Notes: generated by a model from the letters alone, not told the origin. A DNA stretch of 63,463 nucleotides, filler included, from Reticulomyxa filosa (GCA_000512085.1; 23 parts of 23 records of this genome joined end to end with filler, not necessarily neighbours in it), one strand, 5' to 3'; numbered from the whole stretch's first letter, positions 38,613-52,599 are shown. Numbers and translations are program-made.

Positions 38613-40751
38613 ACGCGTTCGGCGCTGTCAAAATTTGAGAGCAGACGTGGGTCAATCGTCGGCGACGGAGGTGGGACCAGTAGTGAGACACGAACGCTGT
38701 CGAAGGAGCGACGCGGTTCAGCGCGTACGCATGCAGACAGCAATGCGACACTGCCTTCGCACTCGCTACGCCGACTGAAGGCTCCAAAGTCGTCAGGGAT
38801 GATGAAGAGTAGTTACGGCGGTCTCGGACTCGGTCTGAATTTGAATCTGGGTTTGGGTTTGGGTCTCGGTCTTGGCAATAACAATAATAATAATAATAAT
38901 GACAATGGTAGCAATAACAACAACAACAATAACATTGGTGCTAGTATTGGTGGCAGTAATGTTGGCGGAGCAATGGGTGGCAACAACAGAGACGACAGGG
39001 GTCTGCATTCGCCGACGATTTTGCGTGGCGCGTTGCACAACTTTACACTGGAGGAGCGCATGCATTTGGACCTATTGAACGAGGGTCAATTGGCACTGAG
39101 AGAGCAACTAGGCAAGGCTTTGCGACGATTCAAGACGCAAACCGAGTTCAACGAATGACTGCGCGTGCGTCAACAGATTGCCAGTGAAAATCAGCACGAC
39201 CAACGATGGCAAAAGGTGCTGGAGCAGATCAAAGGAGGGAGCGACGTTGATGTAAGCTTGCTACCTATTATTGAATGGGAATTCCATCAGGTCGTTTTCT
39301 GGCTGCAAATGTGCGGCTTCAACATGGCCGCCAAACTGCTTGGCGAATACACCATCACTGGTGCTGAACTTCGCTATATGAAAAAAGAACATTTGGTATG
39401 GCTTGGCGATCATTGCAAACATATTCAACTCGACGAGACCACGGCCAAAAAGATTGTGCAAGAAATGCGCAAGTTGGAAGTCAAGACGCAATTTCGCTTG
39501 ACTTATGAACACTTGTGGCGGACGGTGCTGACGAATGTCAATGACACCATCGATGTCGATTTGGCGAGGAAGTCATATTATGTCAAACAGTTGGTGCAAT
39601 TATTGAGAGCGCCCAAAAATTTGGGACCGTTTGCGTTTTGGAAGTCCGATGCGGTGTTCTTTGATAAGGTCGATAATTGGCTGGCCTCGTTGCTCGTCCC
39701 CTTTGAACTTCAAAAATTATTCATGCATTACTTCCCCACCTTTTTGGAAGATGAAAACGATGAAGACTTGCGTTCACTCAAATTCGAAACTGACGACGGA
39801 GACTGGGCGGAACAGCCGCACTTGTCTGCCATGGAGGTGCAAAAACTCTCGCGTCAATTGAATCGCAAACTCGCGCTGAAAAATTACTTCCATTTCTATG
39901 AACGCTTCGACGACTGCGTGACTGGCAAGGAGATTGTCGATTGGGTCCTTTCCAATTACACCAAACTCAACTTCAAATACAGCACGCGTCGTCATGCCGT
40001 TCTCTTGTGCGAGCAGCTGTTGCAAAGGGACCTACTCATCCCTTTAAACCCGACCAACTCTACTGTCGACAAGGAAGATCGCAAGTTCGAGGATAAAAAT
40101 ACCGTGTTTTATACGTATGGTGGAAATGACATTAAAGCATGTTAATGCTTCGCACGTGCAAACTTTTTTTTTTAAAATATACATATATACATATACATAT
40201 ACATATATTACATATGTATATTTTTAAAAAAATTTTTTTTTTTTGTGTTTTAAAAAAAAAAAAAAAAAAAAAAGTGAATAACTTAGAACGACAAAACACT
40301 ATTACGGTGAGCCAGAAGTTGCGCACTAAACTAATGCGCATCCATTGGTGCGCGGGACTAGTGCTGTTCCTTGGTGTGATGCTTGGGTCTCTGCTGATCA
40401 TCCTGTGGATGTATTTTCGAAGCCAATGGGAAGTTGGCCTGGCCATGGATTGGACCGTCGAAACCGTGGCCGAACATACCTCCCGTCGTGTCGAGTACGA
40501 GTTTGCTGTGCCCAGTGAGTTGCTCAGCTTGAGCGAAAGTGCGCTGCACACAGGTGATATCCACTCCGATTTCGCACAAGACACCACTGGCAAATATGAC
40601 CCCATCTTGTTGCAATTCAAGTACTTGCAAACTGCCGAATATGTTTATAGCGTGTTCTTTATTAATTTGAGTTAATTTAGCCCACTAATTTGTATTATGT
40701 TGACAAATCAAATCAAATCAAATCAAAGCAAAATAAAATCCCTCCTCTTCA

Positions 40752-40783
<32 letters not shown>

Positions 40784-42500
40784 GTGATCTAGATAGCAGC
40801 TCAGGGATTTTCATAGCAGGAGGAACTCGGCCATATATTGACAATCCCAATTATTATAAACTACTGATATACAATGGCACGTGCCTGTATTCGCTGAATG
40901 TGGACAATGAGACAGACACAAGGGAGCCAGATCAACATGTGGACTCGTGTGACACGTCCTTTGACCCGACCACACGTCCTTGGTATAAACTGGCCTTGAC
41001 GCTGAACAACTCCGAGACGCGGTGGACCGAACCATACAAGTTTGTCGGCTTGGATCAATTTGGAATGAGCTTGGTCACGAGGAAAATGTGGGTGAATCAG
41101 ACGCAATTAATCCTTTTGGTCGAATACACCTTGGATGGAATGCAACATCAAGTTATCAAGTCCTCAGCGTTAAGTGGGTGTTGTAATGTTTGTTCTTTTC
41201 TTTTTTGTTATTCATTCCAATTTGGTCTTGTCCAACAGCATTCCCTCAGGCTCCTTGATGTTTTTATCTTCTCTCGATTATGAAGTCTGGGCCAGCACCG
41301 TTGGTCAAGTCAATTTACAATCAAACTGCTCCAACTGTCAAGTTTTGTTTGTGCTCCTTCAATCCATTGACGCCATTGCAAATACCTTGACTTATTTCTA
41401 TCCAATTTGAAAAAAAATAAAATAAAATAAAATAGGCGACAGATCATCGATTGGTAACCGCACTCAACTATTTTGAAAGCAGAAACTCCTTTGCAAACCT
41501 CTCTCCCGACGTGGAGCAGTTCACTATTGACAACTTGCGATCGGCGATTATGCCGTTTGTTATTACCATTCCCAAAACGAATGGCAGCAAAATATATTCT
41601 CAACAGCAAGCAGTTGTTGGTTAAAAGCACAAAAAAATAACAGTGCACTTTGAAAACACATATACATATACATATACATATATATATACATATACATATA
41701 TATGTACATATATATGTATATAATCCTTGCATATTTGCTCGAATTGCTTATACAAATATAAACATATATAAAAATATGTAAACATATGAATGGATTGCAA
41801 TTACATAGGACTGGTATTCGACGATTCGTATCGATATGAACTACATGTATCCCTATTTGTGTCAGTGATGGTAGGGTTTTGTGTGACACTCATTGCGGTT
41901 GGCCTGAGTGGATGGTACACGTATCACGAGGCCAAGAATGCCCCAGCCAAAGTGATGGACCTTGTACCCCCGCCTATTAGTTACGAACAGCCGATCAAAC
42001 CGCCTAACGAAAAGGGTTTGCAAATCCAAAAACAAGATGAAAACGAAAAAGAAGATGGCAATGGTAATAGCAATGGCAATAGCAATGGCAATAGCAATGG
42101 CAATAGCAATGGCAATAGTGGTAGTAATGTGATAAAGGGAAAGTCCGAATTGGAGCTATTGCCGTCCAATGTAAAACTGCAGGAAAATAAGCAGCTCCAA
42201 CAAATACAATACCTGTATGCCACAACAAGTGCTGGGAGTTCCCAGCCTCTCACCACGAGCTCTGGATCTCCAGGAAATGAGACGGCCAATCCCATGTCTC
42301 CATTGCCATCCCCGACCAATCCCAACATACAGCCCGAGGACAAGCTCAAAAAAATCGCGTCCTTTTTGGCCACACCGACCAGCGCAGTACGAAAGTTGAT
42401 CGAAATTGGTCAGATTGGTCTCATCATTGCTCTCTTTTTGATCTATGCTGTGTGGATCAGAGGAGCCAGTATTGCTGTCGATTCATGTTTGGATATTTCC
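38613..42500 (+). CDS. Membrane receptor-like protein: SAM + DEP + TM + Cache-like extracellular domain + TM + further TM (partial; in-frame TGA at 39156-39158)
   Basis: SAM: WEFHQVVFWLQMCGF...ITGAELRYMKKEHL. DEP: DCVTGKEIVDWV...RRHAVLLCEQLLQRDLL...FEDKNTVFY. Cache: FDPTTRPWYK...WTEPY. TM helices at about 40345-40420, 41840-41920 and 42410-42460. Confidence 0.75.
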
Positions 42501-42508
42501 TAACTGTC

Positions 42509-42546
<38 letters not shown>

Positions 42547-42929
42547 CAAANNNNNNNNNNNNNNNNNNNNNNNNNNNNNNNNNNNNNNNNNNNNTTAATT
42601 AATTAANNNNNNNNNNNNNNNNNNNNNNNNNNNNNNNNNNNNNNNNNNNNTATGTTATGATAATTGGTGGAGTATAATTAAATTTTTAAGTTGTACTTGT
42701 AATGTGAGAATTCGCTGGCGTGTTGCCTGAATCAAGTGGATAAAACTCATATATTTTTTGTTTGGCTTTATTTTTTCACAATGCAAACATATAAAGTAGC
42801 GAACCAAGTATAAATATCCATTTAGTTTTCTCTGTATTACACTTTTTTTTGGAAATTTTCATAACATTATTTATTTACAATTTAGTATATTTAAAAACGA
42901 CTAATTAACAGAATATTTTTTGCAAAAAG

Positions 42930-43496
42930 AAAAAATTGAAGAATCGTAACGCAAGACAGTGCAAATTGATTGGAGAGAAGCAACATTGGATATATTGGAC
43001 AAGACGGGGCAAGACGAATTTGCAGCGATGCGTGATTTATGGATAAGAGAAGCGAATGGATTTCTGTTAGTATATGCAATCAACTGGAGCAAGTCGTTCC
43101 AGCAAGTCCAAGATATCTATCAAAAAATCCATCGCATTAAAGAAGAAGAATTAGATCAAATCGCTATCGTTTTGGCAGGCAATTATATACATATACATAT
43201 ATACATGTACATAAAAAGAGGGGGGAGAAAAAAAAATGTTCAAATTTGAACCTTTTTTTTTTGTAATGAAATTTGGAGAAAGGTAATAAATGTGACTTGG
43301 CTGAGGGCAGAACTGTGTCGATGGGACAAGTGCAAGCACTGGACGAAGGAAGGGGTGATAACCGTGTTCTTTGAAGCGAGTGCAAAAGCTCAAATCAATA
43401 ACGAAAAGTGCTACTATGAGATTGTCCGCCAATTGAGAAAGAAGAGTCATTGATGACGACATTCAACAGCCCAAAACATGTTGCAAGTTGCTATAA
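42930..43496 (+). pseudogene. Ras/Rap-family small GTPase pseudogene
   Basis: IEES*RKTV (TAA 42947-42949), LDILDKTGQDEFAAMRD, GNKCDL, FEASAK, C-terminal CCKLL* (CaaX); frameshifts; no intact P-loop. Confidence 0.85.
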
Positions 43497-43599
43497 ACTT
43501 AAGAAAGGGAGAAAGAAAGTATACTCGTTTATAGTTTCATATATCTCTTTGGTGTAGCTTTGTTCTCTTTGGCTACGTATTTTTTCCATATTCTCTATG

Positions 43600-45222
43600 G
43601 CCCATTGCCTCTATAGCATTACGTACCTTTTTTGCCTGTTATTACTTTGTAAGATGTCTATCATTGCCTTTATTGCCATAACTACCCTTATCGTGGTTAT
43701 ATATGTTCCAGTTATTTTTATCAGATATCTATGTTGGAACTCCAATCGCTTCATTTGAGTGGTTGTCTGCAGTCCGTACTCCATCATGGGTCTAACCACC
43801 GCTTTGTAGTATTTCAGAGGCCCTCTTATGATACTTTGTTGCACGATGATATATATGTATATCTTCGAGCTTCTTAATTAATTAGTTTACTTGCTTGTTC
43901 CAGCTTTCAGTTTTCAAGTATATTAGCACCCCTAGGTATTTGAATTCCCTTCATTCTACTTTTCATGTCACTGACAAGTATATAGAATTCTTTTTGAATG
44001 TTATTATCTTGTTATCAATTAGTGTTTTGTATAGCCCTTCAATTATTGTATTGTACTTTCTTTTACCGTCGCAACATCAGTATTTTTATTCATCATATCT
44101 ACAAATGCTTTTACCGCATTCTGGATCCGATCTATCTCATTGTTTACTTTACATTGATATGGAACGTGCAATCTAACAACCTTTATCTTTTTATTTTTCA
44201 TTTGTTCGAATTTGCACTTTATTGGATAATGGTCTGATGCCACATGCTGTTTTAACACATCTATTCTTATTTCTGATTCTACCTGAAATTCATGATTATT
44301 CACTATGGCGTAATCGACAATCGACAATGTCTTTGTCTATGCCTTGTTCGCATGGAATGTTTTTTGCCCTTTAATGTTCTCTATATTTAATATTTGGAGC
44401 GCATTTCTTTGACAATACTCCATTGGTCGATTCTCGCTCTGGTTATTCAATTTGTTCAACGTATCCGCTTATTTTATTTCAAAAATCTACATGCATATTC
44501 AAAAATATTTTTTTAAACTAATTTTTTCTCAGTATTCTCCACATTTTTGTCGCATCAATTGTGGTTTGTGCTTCCACAATTACGTACTTACTGTCACCAC
44601 TTCTATTTGTATGCAGATTAGCAATCGTGAAAAATTTTGAAAAACTTATTACTTCTATCAGCTTTGATGTAATGTCTCCCACATTAGTCATCCTGTTCAG
44701 ATCTTATCCAAAAAAAGATTAATTTATTTGTTCTTTCATTCTGTTTGTATCAACTATACTTTCTAACTTGCAATTCTTCACTTTTCCATTCATTATCTCT
44801 TTATTTATCCACTTCTCTTTCTGTTTAGACGCCATGAATCTTTTGAATTTTTCACTGACTGCTCTCTACTATTTTTTTCAATCCATATCTCGTTTTGGCT
44901 TTCCAATATCGTAGGCACGCTTGTTGTTGACGTTTTCGATCTTCTGCTTTCCTCTTCAGATATTTTTTTATGCTTGTCATTCCACCACTTGATAATCCCT
45001 TCATTTATTTGCTTCTTTGAATTTAGAATCTGTTCCGATAGGCTTTCCATTCTGCTTGTTACACATTAAATTTCATTCTTTGACTCTTCAATACTTTCTA
45101 GGACTCGATCCACATGTGTTGGTACCCTTTATCTTTCTCATTCTGCTCTTTCATTTCCGCTATCTGGCTATGCATCCGGTACACTGCCGCATTTGTATCA
45201 GTATTTGTGCTTGAATATTATC
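43600..45222 (-). mobile_element. Non-LTR (LINE) retrotransposon relic
   Basis: APE endonuclease motifs SIVDYAIV and ASDHYPI; RT C-terminal motifs FKYLGV and YYKAVVRPMMEYG; most of the RT core absent; decayed ORF1-like sequence upstream. Confidence 0.75.
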
Positions 45223-47303
45223 NNNNNNNNNNNNNNNNNNNNNNNNNNNNNNNNNNNNNNNNNNNNTTAATTAATTAANNNNNNNNNNNNNNNNNNNNNN
45301 NNNNNNNNNNNNNNNNNNNNNNTCTTTTTCATTACGATATCACTTATGCATTTAAAGAATCTCGACTGCAACGACGACGATGACAATGACACATTGATAT
45401 GATGATAATAACAACGATAATTGACAACAGGAACATATAACGAACAATGAACAACTGGAACAATCGACTCTGGTTTATACTATATTTATTTTAGTTATTG
45501 CAACATTTGAATGATATTAAAAATAAATAAATTTGTTTGTTTGTTTTTTTTTTGTAAACTTACGTTTTGTTATAAAATAATCGATATTGAAAATAACAAA
45601 AAATTTGATGAAAACAATCTTGAGTCTATTATGACTCTGACTGTTCCTGAAGTTTATACTGTTTTTAACATTCATAATGTTTTTTATTCGTTATCTATAT
45701 ATTATAATTTGAATTAATTCCAAATTAAAATTATTTATTTTATTGATTATTTGAATTAATCATGAATTTTTAAAAAATCAATCAAAAGACTAAATTTTTA
45801 GATCAAAATTTGATAATTTTGAATGTACACACTTAAAGATAATAATACATTATTTTATTTGAACAAAAAGTAAGCATAATAACTAACACACTTTTCTTAG
45901 TCAACAATATTTACCATATGTATAATATATTTGTTTATACAATCTTTATTCTCCAATGTATTAAATACAAATGCTTTATAATTTTCTTTTTTTTGAAGTG
46001 TATCATAGTTGGTTTAGTTATATTAAGAAACACTTAGAGCTAGAAAAGATTCTACACAATATCATTTGTAATCTACATTAGAAAATTTCCTTTTTGTAAA
46101 AATAACACATGAGTCATTTATTAATTTAACTTTAAAAAGAAATTTTTTTGCAAGTGAATAAACAATGAGGAATTTGCAAATAAATATTTTGAATAATGAT
46201 GATATAAATATATATTTTTATGCCAGTATATTTGCCTTGTAAAATTAAATATTTTGCAATTCTATTTTGATCGTTCGGTTAAATTAAAGTATTAACAAAA
46301 GTAGTTTTTTTGTTTTATTGAATCTTTTTATAAATTAGTAAATTAAATTTTTGATTAATTAAAAATGTGATTATATTAATAAAAATAAAAATTTCTAAGT
46401 GTGACAGGAGGATGCAGTTGATAAAAGTTCACTGATATAATCAATAAGTTTATATCATATCAAGTAAAAGTTTTCTTTTTCGGGTTATGTTTCAAAGATC
46501 GACTACTGAATTACAAAAAAATTACACGATTCAACTCTTGAAGAAGAAGACATGAAGAACGAATTATATTCTTTGAAAACGACATTTGCAAAATCATTGG
46601 CAACGACAATTGGTACAATCATTAGAATGATTATCAGGATTATCAGGATTATCAGTATTATCATTACCACAGTCACTGAAATTACATCGGCAATCACAAT
46701 GGACCACAATTTATCATCATTATTATCATATTTATTATCAATTGAACAATCGAAGACGAAGACTGCAAGAAGCTTTGTTGCATTGGATAAAGTAATGAAT
46801 AGAAAATGAAGAAAGATCCGAAGGCTAGAAAATGTGTGATGGTCTTTTTTTCCGCTGGAGACTTGTAGGGATTGAATGACATANNNNNNNNNNNNNNNNN
46901 NNNNNNNNNNNNNNNNNNNNNNNNNNNTTAATTAATTAANNNNNNNNNNNNNNNNNNNNNNNNNNNNNNNNNNNNNNNNNNNNATATAACAATACTTTGA
47001 AATTTCACCAAATATAAACAGTCATTACAATATTTTTTTTTCTGGAATATCAACAATAATTCTTCATCAATTTTTCAAAATCATTTTACTAGTGTTTTAT
47101 TATTTTTTTTTCAAAGGCATTTTTTTTTTAAGTTCGAATGAAAATCTGAAGCTACGTTTGGTTTACTGAAATTAGAGAATTTATATCATGAAGAAAAATA
47201 ACTGTAACAGATTTGAAACGGTTGAAATATCCATATTGCAGTACAGAACAACAAATACACTTTATTTATTTCAAAAAATAATTGATTATGTTGAAATAGT
47301 TTA

Positions 47304-47970
47304 TACAGTAAGATAAAAAAGAAAGTTGACACCTAAAATGCCACCTTATAGAGATGATTGTGTTTCTCAATGAAAAAACATTTAATCAAAATTTTTTTAA
47401 AAAATATCTACGAATCGTGTAGTTTTAAAATATTATTTTGAATTTAGTTTTTTATTAAGTCTTTCTAATTTTTCAAAAATTTACTTTAAAAAATTTTTTT
47501 GTAGTGCCTGAGTATGATAAGATTTGTTTTTTAGAATTTAATTAAGTTTACCAATGTGTTATATCTACTTTGACCCTTTTAACTGACTGTATTCCTTTGG
47601 CATTGACTTTATTAAGGTTTCAAATGTTTGTTTCAATTTTTTCCCATTCTGTTTCGAATTAGTTCCAAAATTCTTCAGTTGTATTAAATAGTCCTTTTTT
47701 TGTGAATCAATGTCTTTACTATCCACCAAAGATCTTCAATTGGATTTAAATCAGGACATTCATTGCTTTTATTTTTTTTGTTTTAAGCATTTCATAATTT
47801 TTTCCGATTTATGGCATGTTGCATTATCTTGCTGCAAATCCAATACTCTTTATTTTCTAAGCAGCAATTGACGTTCTTTAGATTTCGTCAGATAAAATTT
47901 CTTTATATCAGTATTTACTCTATCTTCCGCCTTGCAAGCATAACTTATTCATAATGCTACAAAACATGAC
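47304..47970 (-). mobile_element. Tc1/mariner relic, 3' part with terminal repeat
   Basis: LQQDNATCH and CPDLNPIEDLW on the minus strand; TA|CAGT terminus at 47304-47309. Confidence 0.85.
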
Positions 47971-50859
47971 CAGACTAAAATGCTTCAATCACCAAATTTT
48001 GCTCCTCTTGTTATGGAACTTCAATCTAATAATTGTCAATCAATATTTCTGCAATAAAATAATCAAAATGACAAAAATCAATATCGAACACCTAAAAAAA
48101 AAAAAAGGAAAAGCTCAAAAATTGTTTAAAAAAAGATTGTCAAATTTCATGACTACGAGAAAANNNNNNNNNNNNNNNNNNNNNNNNNNNNNNNNNNNNN
48201 NNNNNNNTTAATTAATTAANNNNNNNNNNNNNNNNNNNNNNNNNNNNNNNNNNNNNNNNNNNNAACTTTGTAATGAGAAATAAGTGTTTCATTTTGTAAA
48301 GTGTTAGATTTATTATTTGAATATTATTTTTTTCTATTGGACAGAATTCTTCTTTTTGTCATTGCAAAAAGTTAACAAATTTCTAAAACTCTACAAAGAG
48401 AATATGAGTATAGTTAATGAAAGACTTTTAATTTTTTAGTATTTTTGCCTTTTTACTAGCAAACAAGGTTTTGTTTCTTCATAAAAAAAAATTTTGGAGT
48501 CAACAAGAATTTTTTGTTTTAATTTCTAGTTTACTCAACATTATAGGAAATATGCAATATCATTGTCTCATAATTTCCAAAAAAACGCAAAAGGGGGAAC
48601 AAAAATTCGATGTACTTTTACTTTTCATAATCACCAGCTTCTCAGGAACTTTTTTCTTTTAAAATGTAATCCCGTAAATAAAATGTCCTTCGCATTTCTT
48701 ACTTTTCTTTGTCAGTCAAAAGATGTAAAAGAAACTATAGATTTTAACAAATAAAAATTTTTAAAAATCTTTCCAAAGAGTTCATCCACCAACTATGTTT
48801 TTTTCTACGTGAATGTTTTTGGGTGTAACATGTTATATTAACTTCATTTAATTTAATTTTAATAGCTTTAAACATTTACAAATTTTTCAAAAAAAAACAT
48901 CATATTTGATTCATTTTTTTATTTTTGAGGAACATCAAATTATTTTTGTGTAAAGGTTTTTTTGAGAGAATTTTCAATTTTCTGTACATTCTACAAAAAG
49001 GAATGATATTTTTTTTGTATATCTCATTTATTTATTTTTGACACGTATTTGAGTGTAAACTATTTGGAAAATCAGTATTGTTCTGAATAAAATAATCAAT
49101 GAATTATTACTTAATATATCAAGATGCCTTTTATTATATGTTGATTTAATCTTTTTTTGGATTAAAAAATTACAAACCAGAAAATTCATTTTTTTCTTCC
49201 AAACTTTTCAAATCAAAAACAGAAGGACGAATTAATGTTCAAGTAAATTCCACTTCAATTTAGAAAATTTTTTGCAAGTGAATGGTCGTTTTTTCTACTC
49301 TAATTTTATTCTTTTCTAACAAAAGTCCACTCCAGAAAAAAAAATAGATAAAAGATTGAATTAAAATTGACTCTTCTGAGTTCAAATAATTTGTAGTTTC
49401 TAATTTAAAAAAGCAGTATAAATTTATTAAACTATTTCAAATTAATTGATGAAAATACATAATTTATGCAATTACATAGCACTTGATGATTTATGCAGTT
49501 TTAATGTTTNNNNNNNNNNNNNNNNNNNNNNNNNNNNNNNNNNNNNNNNNNNNTTAATTAATTAANNNNNNNNNNNNNNNNNNNNNNNNNNNNNNNNNNN
49601 NNNNNNNNNTATTGAACATGGTCAATCAACTTGTTCACACGGACCAGTAAACAATTGAATCGGGATCATGTTTAACAATGTGTTGGCTCCACGAATTGTC
49701 ATCTCTATTATTAGAGAAGCTCAGATGGCTAATAAAAAGTGCAAACCATCTGCTACCGATGATATGACAGCCAATGCTTTCAATTCACTATTCAAATCTC
49801 GAGGATTCAGCCAATGCACAGTCAGGACAAAGTGTTATTTTTGTATATTTAGACTTGAAACAACAAATAGTTTTGTTCAAGTGAAAATATATAGATTATT
49901 AACAAATTAATTGGAGATTATTGAATAAAGATTGATGTATACTTTGGTAAATACTTGTTTCGAATTCACTTTGATTGGCTGCTCTTGTTCTCCTGTTTCA
50001 ATATAATATCTTGGAGGCAACGTCAATTCGTAATCACGTAATCCCTCAAACAATGATATGTGTATTCCTCTATACTAATTATTACATGCGTCGACGTCGG
50101 CGATCAAGTTAGACAAAACAACAGCTAAATTAATACATAAGATTACATTATTTATTGCATTGTGTCCATTGAGTCTTGTTCTTTTTATCATTGTTTCTCA
50201 CTGTTCTCTTGATTTGTCGCTGCTGCCTAATTTCATTTATATAACATTATAAATATATTTTCACATTTGATATTTTTAAAATAAATATACACAAAGAAAA
50301 AAAGTTACTTACCTTATGTTGATATCCCGCTCGGGGCATAATCAATATTAAAATAAAACAATAAAATTTAAAACATAATTTTCTTTTTTCATTATTATTT
50401 CTTTTTTATTATTTTTTCCTTATCAAAAATGATTGTTTTTTTTCCATTTTTCCTTTTTTTTTAACATTTTTTTTTTCTTTTCTCCTTTTTTCTTTTTTTC
50501 ACATTTTTCCTTTTTCTTTTTATTATCACCTTTTTTTCTTTTTCCTTTTTTTAACATCCATTTTTTTTATTATTATTACATTTTTTCTTATTACTACCTT
50601 TTTTTTTTTNNNNNNNNNNNNNNNNNNNNNNNNNNNNNNNNNNNNNNNNNNNNTTAATTAATTAANNNNNNNNNNNNNNNNNNNNNNNNNNNNNNNNNNN
50701 NNNNNNNNNAAATATCATTTTTAATTTAGTTTTTTATTAAATCTTTACTAATTATTTCAATATTATCCTTTATTTTTCTTTTTTTTTTAGCTCAATGTAG
50801 TTCGATATTTGAGTTTTTAATTTATTTTTTTTGAAAATTGATAATTTTAACAAAAGACT

Positions 50860-51658
50860 TGCTGTTGAACTGTTGCGTTATATTGGAGTTCACTCAAAGT
50901 GGCAAAAAATTTCCTGTAAATTATGAATGTGAAAACAAAAATGGACCACTTAGATCAAAAGAGAATTTTATAAACAATTTGAATTAGAATTGGAAAAAAA
51001 TTGACAAAGAGACATGCACAAACTCAACAAAATCAATGCCAGATAGAATGCAAGCAGTACACAAGGCAAAAAGTGATTTAACCAAATGGTGATTTTCATT
51101 AAAAACAATTTTACTACAAAAAAAATTTAGTTCTTATGCTGTTGAATTAGCTTGACTTGTTTGGCATTGTACAAAAAAAAAGAAAAAAGAATGATAAATA
51201 CAGACAAAGCAAACATAGTCAAAAACTATTATGCCTTCGTAATGTACAAATTTTAAAAATAACATTAAATTTTGCAAAAATATTTTTTTTGTTAACAAAA
51301 AATTGAGTTTTCTCAAAAACGCAACGTAGAAGACTAATCTTTTTTTTACAAATATCTATGCATTGAGAACTTTCTGAAAATGCGAAAAAAAAGTTGGCAA
51401 ATTTCATGGTTACTACACAGTCACGATTGTCAACTTTTTCTCGAAAATTTTCAAAAATCAATAAAATATTCAAATTTTTTAAACAATTAGTAATGATTTA
51501 ATAAAAAACCAAAATTATATTTAAAAACTGCACAATTTGTAGATATCTTTTAAAAAATAAAAAAAAATTAGATCTTAATGTTGTTTTTTCATGAAGAAAA
51601 TCAATCATCTCTATAAGGTGCCATTTTATGTGTCAACTTTACTTTGCATTCTACTGTA
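50860..51658 (+). mobile_element. Tc1/mariner relic, transposase C-terminus plus terminal repeat
   Basis: KSMPDRMQAVHKAKSDLTKW*; 51602-51658 ends ACTG|TA and is the reverse-complement homolog of 47304-47360. Confidence 0.75.
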
Positions 51659-51799
51659 TTTATATTTTTCTACTGAGTAATATTATTTTCTCTGAGTGAA
51701 ATAGTTTGTCACTTGTTATAAAAAGTCTCAAAAACAATTTTTATTACATAATTGCACACTTTTGACATTCTTTGCCTGTGCTCAGTCATTGAGCATGTG

Positions 51800-52000
51800 A
51801 TTTGAATTGTTCAAGTTCATTTCTACATACGTAATTTTCTTACAATCGTTTTACTTGATCTTCCAATTCTACAATTCTAGTATTCTTTGAATCTCTAAAC
51901 TTTGATGCCTTGTTTTTGATATTCTTATCTCGATTTGCAAACTGCAGAATGCTTAAAGCTTCTGAAAATTACATAAAGCTGGACTAATGTTGATAATGAT
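51800..52000 (-). pseudogene. Kinesin motor-domain C-terminal/neck fragment
   Basis: IINISPALCNF/SEALSILQFANRDKNIKNKA versus consensus IANISP...ETLSTLxFANRAKNIKN; one frameshift. Confidence 0.65.
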
Positions 52001-52599
52001 ATATTGAAACGTAAGATAAAACTAATGTTATTTGTTGTCAAGTTGTTATATTTTTGGTTTGTTTATTTGATTATTAAAATAAAGCTTAAAAATTATTAAT
52101 GCATACAGCAATCATTGAATTGCTCTCAAACTATCTTACCAAAGAAGTCAATTACAAATTGTTACTTGTCCCTTCTTTCAATCTTTACGCTGAGTTCGTC
52201 ATTGTCTGTTGATAACACCTACCCGCTCTGTTGCTAGATCAATTAAATACAATGTAGACCTTGTTCAGAAAAGCCAACAGTGTCTTCACAGTCTAGTTGA
52301 TGAATTTGAATCCCTAGTATACTGTGAGAACGTGAGCTCTGTTCATTCGTTGTTGATTCAACAACTCTTCTAGATTGATCCAATTCAATCAATGTTTGTA
52401 AATCTTCCATTGTGTGAATTGCTCGATGTCATATTTTCTACGTAGATCCCCTTCAAAAAAACAATCATTTTGCTTTTGCTTGTTTTTTTAATAAACCACT
52501 TTTTTAAAAAAAAAATTCAATTGAACTTTTTTATTATCATCTCGTATTTTAAGTTGTTTCGGAGTAACATTATCATGTCACAACAAATCTTTCAATTCT

